DNA from: a virus
Lineage: Duplodnaviria; Caudoviricetes
DNA length: 64,000 nt
Direction: 5' to 3' (one strand)
Virus record (IMG/VR): IMGVR_UViG_3300028048_000097
Span: 36,366 to 100,365 of that record
Positions 53,674 through 63,578 of this stretch are shown here, in pieces (within the stretch, counting starts at the first letter, position 1; each line of letters starts with the position of its first letter). The notes under the pieces were generated by a model. The model worked only from the letters and a program-made list of their open reading frames with translations, was not told the DNA's origin and searched no databases. The position numbers and the translations under genes were made by a program.

Positions 53674-54374
53674 AATATATTATTATACATATAAAGAACC
53701 TCATTAAATAGATTTTTTATATTATTTCCATCATTTTGTATAACTATATCAAATTTATTACTCGTGCTTAATTCTAAGATTTCTTGTTCTGAAGCATGAT
53801 TTCCAGGTTTACAGTTTGGATTATCTACGAGTATTGTTGTACCACCTAAATTTTTAATAGATTCATATTCTACTTTAAATCGCAAATCAGAAATAATTAA
53901 GTTTCCTTTTTGTTTTAATGTAGATAAAATCCAGAGTTTATCTCCGAATGTATCTCTCATACATTCTGTACCAAATACTTGAAGTAATTGTCTAATCGTA
54001 ATATAATTAGTTTTCAAGAATGATAAGTCTTTATTATTTACCATTCTTGAAAACTTGCCTTCACTAATTACTTTAGCACAATCTGGTTTATTAGTAATAA
54101 TTAAATCTGGAAAATATATAAAATATGTTTCTTTAAATATTCTATCTTCAAATTTACTAATATCAATATCTAATAATGCAGACAGAGTTCTTTTTAATGG
54201 ATAAGCAAAACTAGTAACTTTAAAATTACCTTTAGTATAAAATTTCGCAAATAGTTTATACCCAATATAATTATGTAAAAATTTAGGAGAGTTATATAAA
54301 TATTGCAACATAGAAGCTACAGTATTTTTTCCGCTATTTTTGTATCCTGCTACTGCAATTATTTTATTCTGCAT
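53661..54374 (-). CDS. Deoxynucleoside monophosphate kinase
   Basis: GYKNSGKNT P-loop, SFAYPLK, RQLLQVFGTE, ISDLRF..E, HASE. Confidence 0.85.
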   Translation of the reverse strand: MQNKIIAVAGYKNSGKNTVASMLQYLYNSPKFLHNYIGYKLFAKFYTKGNFKVTSFAYPLKRTLSALLDIDISKFEDRIFKETYFIYFPDLIITNKPDCAKVISEGKFSRMVNNKDLSFLKTNYITIRQLLQVFGTECMRDTFGDKLWILSTLKQKGNLIISDLRFKVEYESIKNLGGTTILVDNPNCKPGNHASEQEILELSTSNKFDIVIQNDGNNIKNLFNEVLYMYNNILCLL

Positions 54375-55317
54375 AACCTTTAAAGTTTAATCCAGGAATG
54401 TTAAAGTCTTTTGCATACTTATCTATTTCTTTTAAAGCTATTTTACGTCAGACATATTTTGTTAAAGTTTTATTTAGATCAGAGGTTATTTTATCATATC
54501 CATTAGTAATATTAAAGTACTCATCCATATTTACAGTAGATCTTACTTGTTTAACTCCAACACTATCTCAGGCTTTTAATTCTGTTAAATGTGGATTTTT
54601 TAAAAGTAATTTTACTGTATAAGGACATTCATTAACATTAAAACCTATAAGCATTTTTAAACCTAATTCCATAGATTGATAATCTTTAGAATTTAACAGA
54701 TCCAATAATAAATCACATGTATCTTCAGTTAAGCTTTCTAAATCTTTATTAATAAAAGCGTCTAACTCAAAATCTGTAATTACGTTATTATAAACTTTAT
54801 TTTCAATATTAGCTAAATCCTCAAATGTATTTTTATTTAATACTGTAATAGGCCCAGTATAACTTACTACAGTATTACGTAAACATTCATTTTCTGATAT
54901 TAATCTTGTAACAAAATCAGGGTCACTCTTCTCTATATGTCTTTTTTGCCAAGGTCCATAAGTGCAACATCAAGCCATATTTAAAATATAAGTAACATCC
55001 CCTGTAAAAATAATTGCATTAAATTCATTAGATGGTTGTAAAGACCCTATAACTTGAATATTAGATTTTTCTGGTTTTATACAACGTTTTAAAGAAGTTT
55101 CTTTTAATTTATGTCTTGGAAATTTAGAAGTTTTCCCAAAATATAATATAGAATCTTTACTTATATCAGCACATTTTACTTTTAATTTTTTAAGATTTTC
55201 TATACTATTTTTAACATAAACATTATTATCGTCTTCTAGAGAATAGAAATTTAAACTATCTCAATAACTATGATAATTAATTTTAACTTTTCCAGAAGTA
55301 GTAGATATTATTTCCAT
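54364..55317 (-). CDS. Hypothetical protein coupled to the AAA+ ATPase gene (317 aa, code 4; missing from the track)
   Basis: ATG overlaps the AAA stop (TAATG). Frame matches TAA 54364-66. Contains YFGKTSKFPRHKL. Confidence 0.65.
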
Positions 55318-57644
55318 TATCGAATCATTGCTCTAAATTTAGGATTAAGCATAAATGAATTACATCTTGCAGGATATAATTTAAGAATATTTTTAATAAT
55401 ATTGAAAATTAAATCTGTAGAAAGTAATTGATTTTTCTTATCTTCGCATTCATCAATAAAATTTAACAGCCTCTGTTCAACAAGTTTTGTTTCAGATTTA
55501 GGGGTTTTAAAATATTTATCGATATAATTCAATAATCTAGTATGAAGAATACTTGCAATATCAGCACGATAAACATCTCCATCATATACACATTTCTTAA
55601 TACGAGGTTTAAGAACCTTCCAATCTTGCATAAGCATATCTTCAGGAGATACTAGTTTATCAAGTTTATTTGCGATAAAATTAGTAAACATACCTCCTAT
55701 AATGTTATCAGGATCGTTAAAACATCCTGATGCTATTTGTAATATCATTGCAAGATTTTCAGGTGAACTCCAATCATCAATACCAGAAATAATATCAGCA
55801 AACATTGTATAATTTCTAGCATTCATGATATGAGTATGCGTATTTTTAGAATCCATCAATTCTTCACCGTGAAACAACATAAAATTAATAGTTCTACCGT
55901 CTATATTATGTTCTTCTGCCCATCTCGCCCAAGATTCTAGGTCAAACTTTATATTAAAATTAACCATTCTAGATGTACCTGCCTCATCAATACTATTAAC
56001 ATTGTAATCTCCATTATCAGGATTAGTTGTACATATTACAGTTGTACGAGGTGGAAGTTTGAAGCTCCAAAACTCTTGTTTGTAAATAAGTTCATAACAG
56101 GCTTGCAAAATATTTGGTAAAGCTCGTGTAGCATCATCCAACAGCATAATTACACCTTTATGAGGATCTAAGTTCTTATACCATTCCGGAAGTGCATAAG
56201 ACATCTTTACGTCACCTGTAAGTTTATATCCAGCTTTAACATAACCGTCTATTAACTCTGGTGCAATTCATTTACATTCTGATTCATCAGGAAGACAAGC
56301 ATAATGTAAACATAATGGGAAACCAGCGATCAATTTGTTATCGTATTAGCTCTTTATCTAATACTTCTATATATTCCTATATAGTTCAGACTATCTCTTC
56401 ATTAACCACTAAGTATTGGTATACATAGGTTAATGCCTCGCACTCGTGGATATTTCTCCTTCGACACCACTCGGTAAGGTTACTTTATCTAGTCGTTGAT
56501 CCTTTATTCAATTTCTTGAACACTTGGATTATGGTTGCCTGTTCTAGGGTTTCCAAGATTCACGAGGTTTTTTATTTTAGGAATTAAAATTATTTTATCA
56601 GGATTTTTTTCATTAATTAATTTACCAAAAAACTTTCATACATCTCTACAGTCATTAAAAGCAAATTTTTCTATTCCATCATCATCTATAAAATTAAATG
56701 AAAAATATCTACCTACAAATTTTTCATTAAAATGAAATGTTTGAACTGGGACTTTACTTATAGCATATCTAAATCTTTTTCCATGTCTAATTCTACCTTT
56801 TTTATAATTTCCTGCGCAATCTCTAATATCTTTAATAGACATTCCAGTTGCTTTAGACGCTTCTTCTAGATTTTCATATAATGCTAAAAAATTACCAAGA
56901 ACATCGTAACATTCAATTTTCGATGATTCTTCTGGTTTTTTATATTTACCTTCTTTTAATCCCTTTTTAATAGAATTACTAAGTTTCTGTTTGCTATATT
57001 CTGATAATTCTGATGTAACAGGATCTTTAAAATTTAAATCTGCATTAAGTTCATCAATTCAAAATTTTTCTCTCACTATCCTATCTTCTGGTTTACAGAA
57101 TTCAACAATATCAATTTTAATATTATTTATTCCATATTTATCACAAACTCTTTGTAAAAATTCATTAGAATGTTTATTAGATTCTAAATCATGTCTGTGT
57201 TCCGTTAAGCGAGAATATAAATTTTTACTACTACCTATATAAATGTGTCCTCCTGCAGATAATTTATAAATACCTGATTTCTTTGATAAATTTTTACTAC
57301 TTAAAGTGTAAAATGATAAATTTTCTATTTCCATAATTTTACATAAATTAAAAAGTTAAATATCTTTTATTTCTTTATAATAATTTATGCAAATTTATAA
57401 AATAATTTTTTAATTTCCAAACTTCTTAACATTAATCTCCCGTTTCAGTAGTCTGAGCTAGATTTATCTTCACAAAATTATAATCTAACTCTTTTGCTAT
57501 CTGTTCAATTGTTTCTGACTTACCAATTCCAGCTTCTGATATAATATTTATTGCTTTTGGAATTTTTCCTTCGTCTTGAATACGTTCGTTATTACGTATA
57601 ATATATTTAATTAGTGGTTTAACTTCACTTAATGTTAATTCCAT
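55317..57644 (-). CDS. MoxR-like AAA+ ATPase, 2 exons: 57644-57435 and 56330-55317 (407 aa spliced)
   Basis: Walker A SEAGIGKS, junction ETGD|IAGFP, Walker B MLLDD.TR, TTNPD, IDEA..SR. Confidence 0.88.
56504..57334 (-). CDS. Intron-encoded GIY-YIG homing endonuclease (276 aa, code 4)
   Basis: SGIYKLSAGGHIYIGSSKNLYSRL.EH. Fragments 57334 and 56842 share a frame. Stop TAA 56504-06 lies inside the ribozyme core. Confidence 0.85.
57390..57421 (-). promoter_or_regulatory. Bacteroidota-type promoter inside the intron, upstream of the HEG
   Basis: Minus strand TTTG, 20 nt, TAAATTTG. Confidence 0.72.
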
Positions 57645-58765
57645 TTTGGTATGTAAATTGTTATTCCTGGATATTCCGCCTTCTGTCCTGACGACGAAAT
57701 TACCCATATTACATTTTTACGATGTGGTAGACCATAATTTAAATAACCATCTGTAAATATAACAAACGTTGAATATTCTGGATGATTACTATAATAATTT
57801 CATGCTTCTGAAACATCTGTTCCACCTCTACCACATATCTCTATTTTTTGGTTTCTATTTTTATAAGTAAATTTATTAGTAATTCGAGTATCAAATTCTA
57901 GTATATCTACTGTGATTCCAGATTTATGCAAATGATCTATTTCAGTGAAGAAATCTGATAACTCACTATTACTAACAGAACCTGAGGTATCTACTGCTAC
58001 TAATACTTTAGGTTTAAACTTTAATGTATTTCCTGGATTACCTTTAAATCTTTTAGATGGTCTATATTTAGTAGATTTAATAAAAGATTCTATTGAATTT
58101 CCAATAACTCTTCTAAAATAAGATTTCCAATTAAATATAGCTTCTCTATCTTTAAATAATCCATTAATATACTCTTTAAAACAATCTGGAATAGATCCAG
58201 CTTGTTTCATTACTTGTTCAGCAGAATGTTTTGCTTGTGAATTTAATTGCTGTTTAACGAGTTCTTTTTCGGCATCAGATAAATCAGCAAAATCTTTCCA
58301 AAATTTATGATTTTTGATAGACTGTAATTTTATGAAAGTTTCCAAATCATATCCTGCTTTTTTGGCATATTCTATAACATTTTCATAATACCATTTTACA
58401 CCCATTCTTTCTGGCATATTAAACATTGCAGGATATATAAATGGTTCATGTTGAAGAGCCGGAATATAACTGTTTACTTCTAGATCACAAGCAATGTTTA
58501 ATAGTTCATGATTTTCATAGTAATCGTCTAATACTACATGTTGAAATAGTAAATGCATTAATTCATGTTGAATTGTACCTACACATATTTCATCATTTTG
58601 AGATTCAAACCATTCTCTATTAACAAGTAATTCTGAATTAATACCATTTCTGCAAACAGCGGCTGTATCTATTTCTGTTGTATATCTTTTATTTAAGCCT
58701 AAAACAAATATACCATAAAACGGTTCTCTAATTAGAAGTTTCTTTAGAGCTGATTGTAGTTCCAT
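57635..58765 (-). CDS. Metallopeptidase-like (HExxH) plus vWA domain protein (DUF2201-type; 376 aa, code 4)
   Basis: HELMH, NIACDLEVN, MIDAS DTSGS, GRGGTD, and IFTDG after TGA read-through. Adjacent to the MoxR-like ATPase. Confidence 0.88.
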
Positions 58766-58940
58766 CTTCTATTAATTCCGCATCACTTATGTTTTCCTCA
58801 GTGACTTTTAAATTTAATAAAATATAATCTAATAAGGATTGAGGGCCTCCCATCATCCTTATATAGGTATCAATCTTTTCTTGTCTTGTTCCAGAACCAA
58901 GATCGATATTTCTATGAGTAAATTTTATTATACTACTCAT
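58728..58940 (-). CDS. Hypothetical protein (70 aa)
   Basis: ORF overlaps both neighbours within the operon. Confidence 0.5.
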   Translation of the reverse strand: MSSIIKFTHRNIDLGSGTRQEKIDTYIRMMGGPQSLLDYILLNLKVTEENISDAELIEDGTTISSKETSN

Positions 58941-59505
58941 TGTCTGTTCTACGATATTCTTCTAAAGCTTTTTTATAAGCTTCTGTATTACAATATCCAC
59001 AACTTGGGTGTTCTGGACAAAATCCTCTATATACACATTCAGGTACGCATTTTTCAGCAAGAATCGGATCTTGTTCTTTTAAAAAATCAATTACCAATTT
59101 TCAAGCCTCTCTAGTTTCTTTAGAAGCTCTAGAACATAATCGTTTTCTAGAAATATTAATAAAGGCTTGTGCATTACAAGTCATGTCCATATCATTTAAT
59201 GAACCTTGAGGTAATTGATCTCTAGGAACATCTAATTGTCTTTTATCTTCCCTTTGAGTATGAACAAATTTTTCGCAACCTTCATGATGTCTAACTAAAT
59301 GTGTAGTTACCCATTGACGTATATCTTCCCAAGTAAAATCATATTCAAGAAGTCTTATTGGAGAATGTTCTGCCAAAAGAATTCTTCTTTTAAATTGATT
59401 AGAAGGTTCATGATCAATTGGTTGTTTCCCAACTGTTTTACGAGCAGCATTTACAACTCTAATTCAATTGGCAACTGGATTAATAAGTCTTGTTACTTTA
59501 ACCAT
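58933..59505 (-). CDS. thyX: Flavin-dependent thymidylate synthase ThyX-like (190 aa, code 4)
   Basis: VVNAARKT, EHSPIR, THLVRH, TQREDKR, NAQAFINISRKRLC..AS.ETR, VPECVYRGFCPE. Confidence 0.78.
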
Positions 59506-59654
59506 TATTTATAAATTACATAAAAATTATCCTTTACGATTTTACGTAATCTTCTATGTGCATGTTTTTCACTAAATGCCCAAATAGTACCATTATATAG
59601 TATAGTATTTGGATAGGTTTTATATATAATGTAGTGATATCTTCCCATAATCAT
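59505..59654 (-). CDS. Hypothetical small protein (49 aa)
   Basis: ATG 59654 to a TAA that overlaps the thyX ATG (TAATG). Confidence 0.45.
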   Translation of the reverse strand: MIMGRYHYIIYKTYPNTILYNGTIWAFSEKHAHRRLRKIVKDNFYVIYK

Positions 59655-59664
59655 TAAAATTAGC

Positions 59665-59731
59665 CGATTTAAGACACTTTTATATAGTTTTAATATAGTT
59701 TATCATATAAAAACAAAAGTGTCTTAAATCG
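59665..59731. repeat. Perfect 17-bp inverted repeat just after the PNK stop
   Basis: CGATTTAAGACACTTTT (59665-81) / AAAAGTGTCTTAAATCG (59715-31). Confidence 0.85.
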
Positions 59732-59732
59732 T

Positions 59733-62677
59733 TTAAAAATCCCCATAATAAACTTGATTGCAAAGTAGACCTAAATTTCTCCACATATCACAAACTCGAT
59801 TTCTATCATCAAAAACAGCTATGACATTATAGTTTGGTTCAATATCTGTATGATAAATTTCTTCTTTGATGATTTCGTCATGTCTATAATCGCCTTTTTT
59901 ACGCATTATAAGTTCCCAATCTGTTCCATAGAAATTATCTTTAATCCAATTAAAGGTATCTTTACTACATTGATCAGTACCTTCTCTGCCACTGAGAAAA
60001 ATGATGTGAAAAGATTTGTTTAATTCTGTTAAAATATACAATAAAGGCCAATTTGGTTTATCTTCAGAAACTCGTTTTAAATCATAAGGAGATCTTCCTT
60101 GATGAATGGCAACTGTCGTAATATCATACATTTCTGTATGTACTGACTATATCTTAACTGAAGTTTAACTCAGCAATAACCGTTTCGACTTATGTACCAA
60201 TAATAAGTCTACTCTCCCGATTCGGAGATAGTCGATACAGGTTTATAAGTATTAATATCTATAATTTTATTATTTAAAGTTCAATATTTTTTGTTTTTAT
60301 GATATATAGGAACGTTGAGATATTGATATATTAAACTTCTACGAAAAGAATCTAATGAGTTACTTTTATTAAACTTAGTATAGGTTTCTTTTAATGTATG
60401 TGTAGTGTAGTATTTACGAATAATAAAAATCTCATTATCTTTATACAAAGATTGACAATTAGATTCTCCAGGTTTACCATTACTTTTCTTATGTCATTCT
60501 TTATTTTTAGAATTATACACTTCATCCATAATACCTTTTCAAGTATCACCTGTTCAAATTTTTATAAAAGCTGATCTTGAAATTTTATTTTCATACATTT
60601 TATAACACTCCTTTCTTGTTAATTTACATTCATTATAAATAGTTCTTATATCTATAACATCTTGTTCCGATAAACAAGCTTTAGGATTTGCATCTCATTG
60701 ATTAGATTCACCTCCAGCACTTTCATTATAACCGAAGTTAGGATTATTTGAATTGTAGAGTTTTATATAATATCGTTCTAATCTTCCGAGTTCTATAATG
60801 TCATCTATTTTATCACTAACAACTTCTAATTTAAAAACATCTATTCCATATTTATTCATAGCAGAATATAAATGGCTTTTATTTTTCCTTTTATATTCTC
60901 TAATATGTCCGTTTCAACGAGCTTTTAATGAAGTTGTTGTTAATCCTATATAAACTTTATTATTTATTGTATTTGTAATTTTGTATATAATCATATTGTT
61001 CTATTTTTAGATTAAATTACAAATTTAATAAAATATTTCTAATAAAAAATATAATACTTAATTTCCCACGGTATTCCCATGCATCTCTGTTTAGGGTTCA
61101 CCGTTAGCCATTTCTGACCCCACTGGTTAGTGGAAAAGTTATAACAGGCACTTTTACATACCATCAATATCTACTATAATGCAGTTCTGCTTTTTACCAT
61201 CATAAGGAACAAATTTTCTTTTATCAGTATAATAATTTTCAAGTTCTTCAGGAAAATACCTTGAAAAGAAGCCTTCTAAGACCTTTTTACCAACTTTCCT
61301 AGTACGATTATTATCTCGTTCTAAAGCTGTCTTAAAATCGATAAAAAAGTCCTTAAAATCGATTTCTGCATCAAGTTCTTTAGCAAGGTTTTTCCATTTT
61401 TCTTGAGTTTTAGGATTAAGATTCGTAGCGTCTATTATTACATTAAGATTGTTTTTAATAGCACTTCTTATTTGAAACTCTTCTACATCAGAAATATAAT
61501 CCTCTCTAGAAGGAACTCAATAAGTACCGGTAGCTTCACGAATTTCATCACGAGATACAATAACCCAATCTTTTTTACCAAAAACAAATTCTTTAGCCCA
61601 GGTGGATTTTCCAGATGCCGTATTACGGAGGCCCTTGAAGAACAATAATCTTCTTGGGCCTCATTTCTATATTTTTAATCTGTTCCATTTTCTTTCTAAT
61701 ATTGGTAAATTGTTATTTTGTAAATAATTATAAAAATATTCTCTTACAAGTTTATTTCCTGCTGAAATAGAAAGCGTTCCATTTTTTCGCTCATTAATAT
61801 GAAAATTTAAATTTAACGTATCAATTAGGTCTGTATAAAATTTCTTTCAATTTTTATGAGCAGTTATTGTGATGTATTTTCCAGATTTATCTATACAACC
61901 ATCACCATCTATAATTCCTATAAGTAATGCAGTTAAATCAGAATTAGTTAATTTTTTAAAATTAGTAAAATTACATGGATTATATGTCTTTACATAATGT
62001 ATTCCAAAGACGTTCATAATATTTTCTATAGAGTTTTTATTATTAAATGTTAATTTATAAGAGTTTGTCTTTGGTTTAAATATTATAATATTAGAATCTA
62101 TATCTAAAAATTCACATAATTTTTTAATTTGATTTAAATCAGAAGCTTTTAATGTAAATTCAAATCTATTTTTGTAAAAAGAACCATCTGCTAAAATAAA
62201 ACCAAGCCAATAGTAAGATTCTTTAGTTTGATTAAGTAAGTTATCTAAAGAGTATTTTGGAGTACTTGTAGAAGTAATCATTTTTATACCGCTTTTAAAT
62301 TTTCCAGAGTTATCTGAACAATGTAAACATTTTGAATTTGATTTAACTCCTCTTAATCAATCACTTCTTCTTTTATACGTAATTAACTTATTACAAATAG
62401 GACAATTTCGTGTATAATTTGCTGCTAAACCTTTTTCTAAATCTCTACAGGATCTACAAAGAGTTTTATTCTCTTCAGCTTTATCAAATCCGCTCTTTGT
62501 CTTATAAATCATATCATGTCCACATTTTGGACACTTATGAATGTAAAATTCAGTTTCTTTCATATTTTTTATTTTTTGATTATTTATAAGAGCAAAGATA
62601 TAAATTATTTTTAAAATTTACAAGTTTTTCCGTAAATTTCCAGATGCTGGGGCTCCTCTAAGTACTAGTAGTTTCAT
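59733..62677 (-). CDS. Polynucleotide kinase/3'-phosphatase (T4 PseT-like), interrupted: N-terminus at 62677-62648 or 61664-61626; body 61618-61160; last exon 60116-59733
   Basis: G[A/P]P-ASGKSTWAKE, VSRDEIR, IIDATNLN. HAD motif DIDG|T is split by an intron. Also LSGR and FDDR..V..MWR.LGL. Confidence 0.85.
60117..61159 (-). mobile_element. Group I intron in the PNK HAD motif, with GIY-YIG HEG
   Basis: P1 GGU/GCC with U-G. Core elements P UAACGGUGAA, Q AAUACCGUG, R GUAUCGACUA, S AAGAUAUAGUC, P9 CAUACA-GAAA-UGUAUG. Terminal G. Splicing gives DIDGTVA. Confidence 0.92.
60209..60994 (-). CDS. Intron-encoded GIY-YIG homing endonuclease (261 aa, code 4; missing from the track)
   Basis: MIIYKITNTINNKVYIGLTT..LKARWNGH...FGYNESAGG. 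Ends PVSTISESGE* within the R element region. Confidence 0.88.
61667..62563 (-). CDS. Double-motif LAGLIDADG endonuclease with N-terminal Cys Zn-finger repeats (298 aa, code 4)
   Basis: CPKC..CRSC and CPIC..CLHC, then YYWLGFILADG and LLIGIIDGDG, ending LERKW. Fragments share a frame through TGA. Confidence 0.85.
62593..62624 (-). promoter_or_regulatory. Bacteroidota-type promoter upstream of the LAGLIDADG gene
   Basis: Minus strand CTTG, 20 nt, TATCTTTG. Confidence 0.68.
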
Positions 62678-62680
62678 TTT

Positions 62681-62989
62681 TTATACTTCATGAACAATGT
62701 CACAAATTTCTTTTAGCTCTGACAAATTCGATTCATTAAAAGTAAAAGCCGATTCCATTTCTTCACCGGCGTTAAAAAGTTCTAAAATTTCGTAAAGCCA
62801 ATCTGGTGTATGATCACATAAAACATCAGCAATATTTTCTTCATCTAGTTTTACTTTCGGATCGTCTAAGTCCATAACAACTGTAAGACGCTTATTAAAA
62901 AATATATCCTCTGTTTCTTGTAAATATATTTTATGATTTCCTTTTATTTCTAAAGCTTTATTTTGCCTTTCTGTCATATTATTTTTCAT
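62681..62989 (-). CDS. Hypothetical acidic protein
   Basis: 102 aa ORF within the operon. Confidence 0.6.
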   Translation of the reverse strand: MKNNMTERQNKALEIKGNHKIYLQETEDIFFNKRLTVVMDLDDPKVKLDEENIADVLCDHTPDWLYEILELFNAGEEMESAFTFNESNLSELKEICDIVHEV

Positions 62990-63578
62990 TTAATTTACTT
63001 TTTACTAGCTCTTGTTTATATAAATCATCGGTATTTTTATGTAAAATTTCGAGACCTTTTTTTATTATCTCTTTATATTTATTTAAACAAGAATAATAAT
63101 CCTTACAATTTTGTATTAACTTAAATTCTTTAGATGGACTTTGAAGATTTACAATTTTATGATTTTCTATAATCTGATTAGTTAAGTTTAAACTAACAAT
63201 ATCCATAGCCATTTCAGATAAACAGTCATCTAAATCAGGATATGATTGGTAATCTGAATATTTTAACTGATCTAGAATATTTTTACGAAGTTTTAAAATA
63301 TCTAATGGTATCATTAATTTAACATGTTGTTTTATAGTATGCTTTTTATCCATACAGCTGCAAATCCATGCAAGTAATGAATTTTCATTCATTATTTTCC
63401 ACCATGTAGACATTTTATAAAAAGCGTAATGTTCTAAATCAGGGTTATTTGGAATATAGTTATCATCTGCAATAATAGTATAATTTTCTTCATCAGGAAT
63501 TCCATATATAGAAAGATCCGTTTGATATATATAGTATACTAACGGATCTTTCTTTAATTCTTCAATAAACTTATTCAT
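62979..63578 (-). CDS. Hypothetical protein (possibly degenerate nucleotidyltransferase fold)
   Basis: 199 aa ORF. N-terminal YIYQ...SIYG...YTIIAD loosely echoes the GS.xYG...DxD signature but lacks the catalytic residues. Confidence 0.45.
   Translation of the reverse strand: MNKFIEELKKDPLVYYIYQTDLSIYGIPDEENYTIIADDNYIPNNPDLEHYAFYKMSTWWKIMNENSLLAWICSCMDKKHTIKQHVKLMIPLDILKLRKNILDQLKYSDYQSYPDLDDCLSEMAMDIVSLNLTNQIIENHKIVNLQSPSKEFKLIQNCKDYYSCLNKYKEIIKKGLEILHKNTDDLYKQELVKSKLNEK

Larger units (their letters stand above)
56331..57434 (-). mobile_element. Group I intron in the AAA+ ATPase gene, with GIY-YIG HEG 5' of the core
   Basis: Exon ends GAU; intron ends ...AAAUUG. P3 CCUCG/CGAGG, R UCAACGACUA, S AAGAGAUAGUCU. 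Splicing restores the frame. Confidence 0.88.

Noticed and set aside
57432-60131. Track starts at 57707 and 60131
   Set aside because: 57707 lies within the vWA gene's code-4 tail, and ATG 57644 fits the operon overlap. 60131 lies in intron P9, and the true exon begins at 60116.
54398-61648. Short plus-strand ORFs (54398, 56535, 56991, 58441, 58839, 59299, 61403)
   Set aside because: They are antisense to well-supported minus-strand genes.
61619-62636. Calling the LAGLIDADG cassette a group I intron or an intein
   Set aside because: There are no P/Q/R/S elements and too little non-coding sequence. In-frame stops flank the ORF, and it lacks intein C/S...HN ends.
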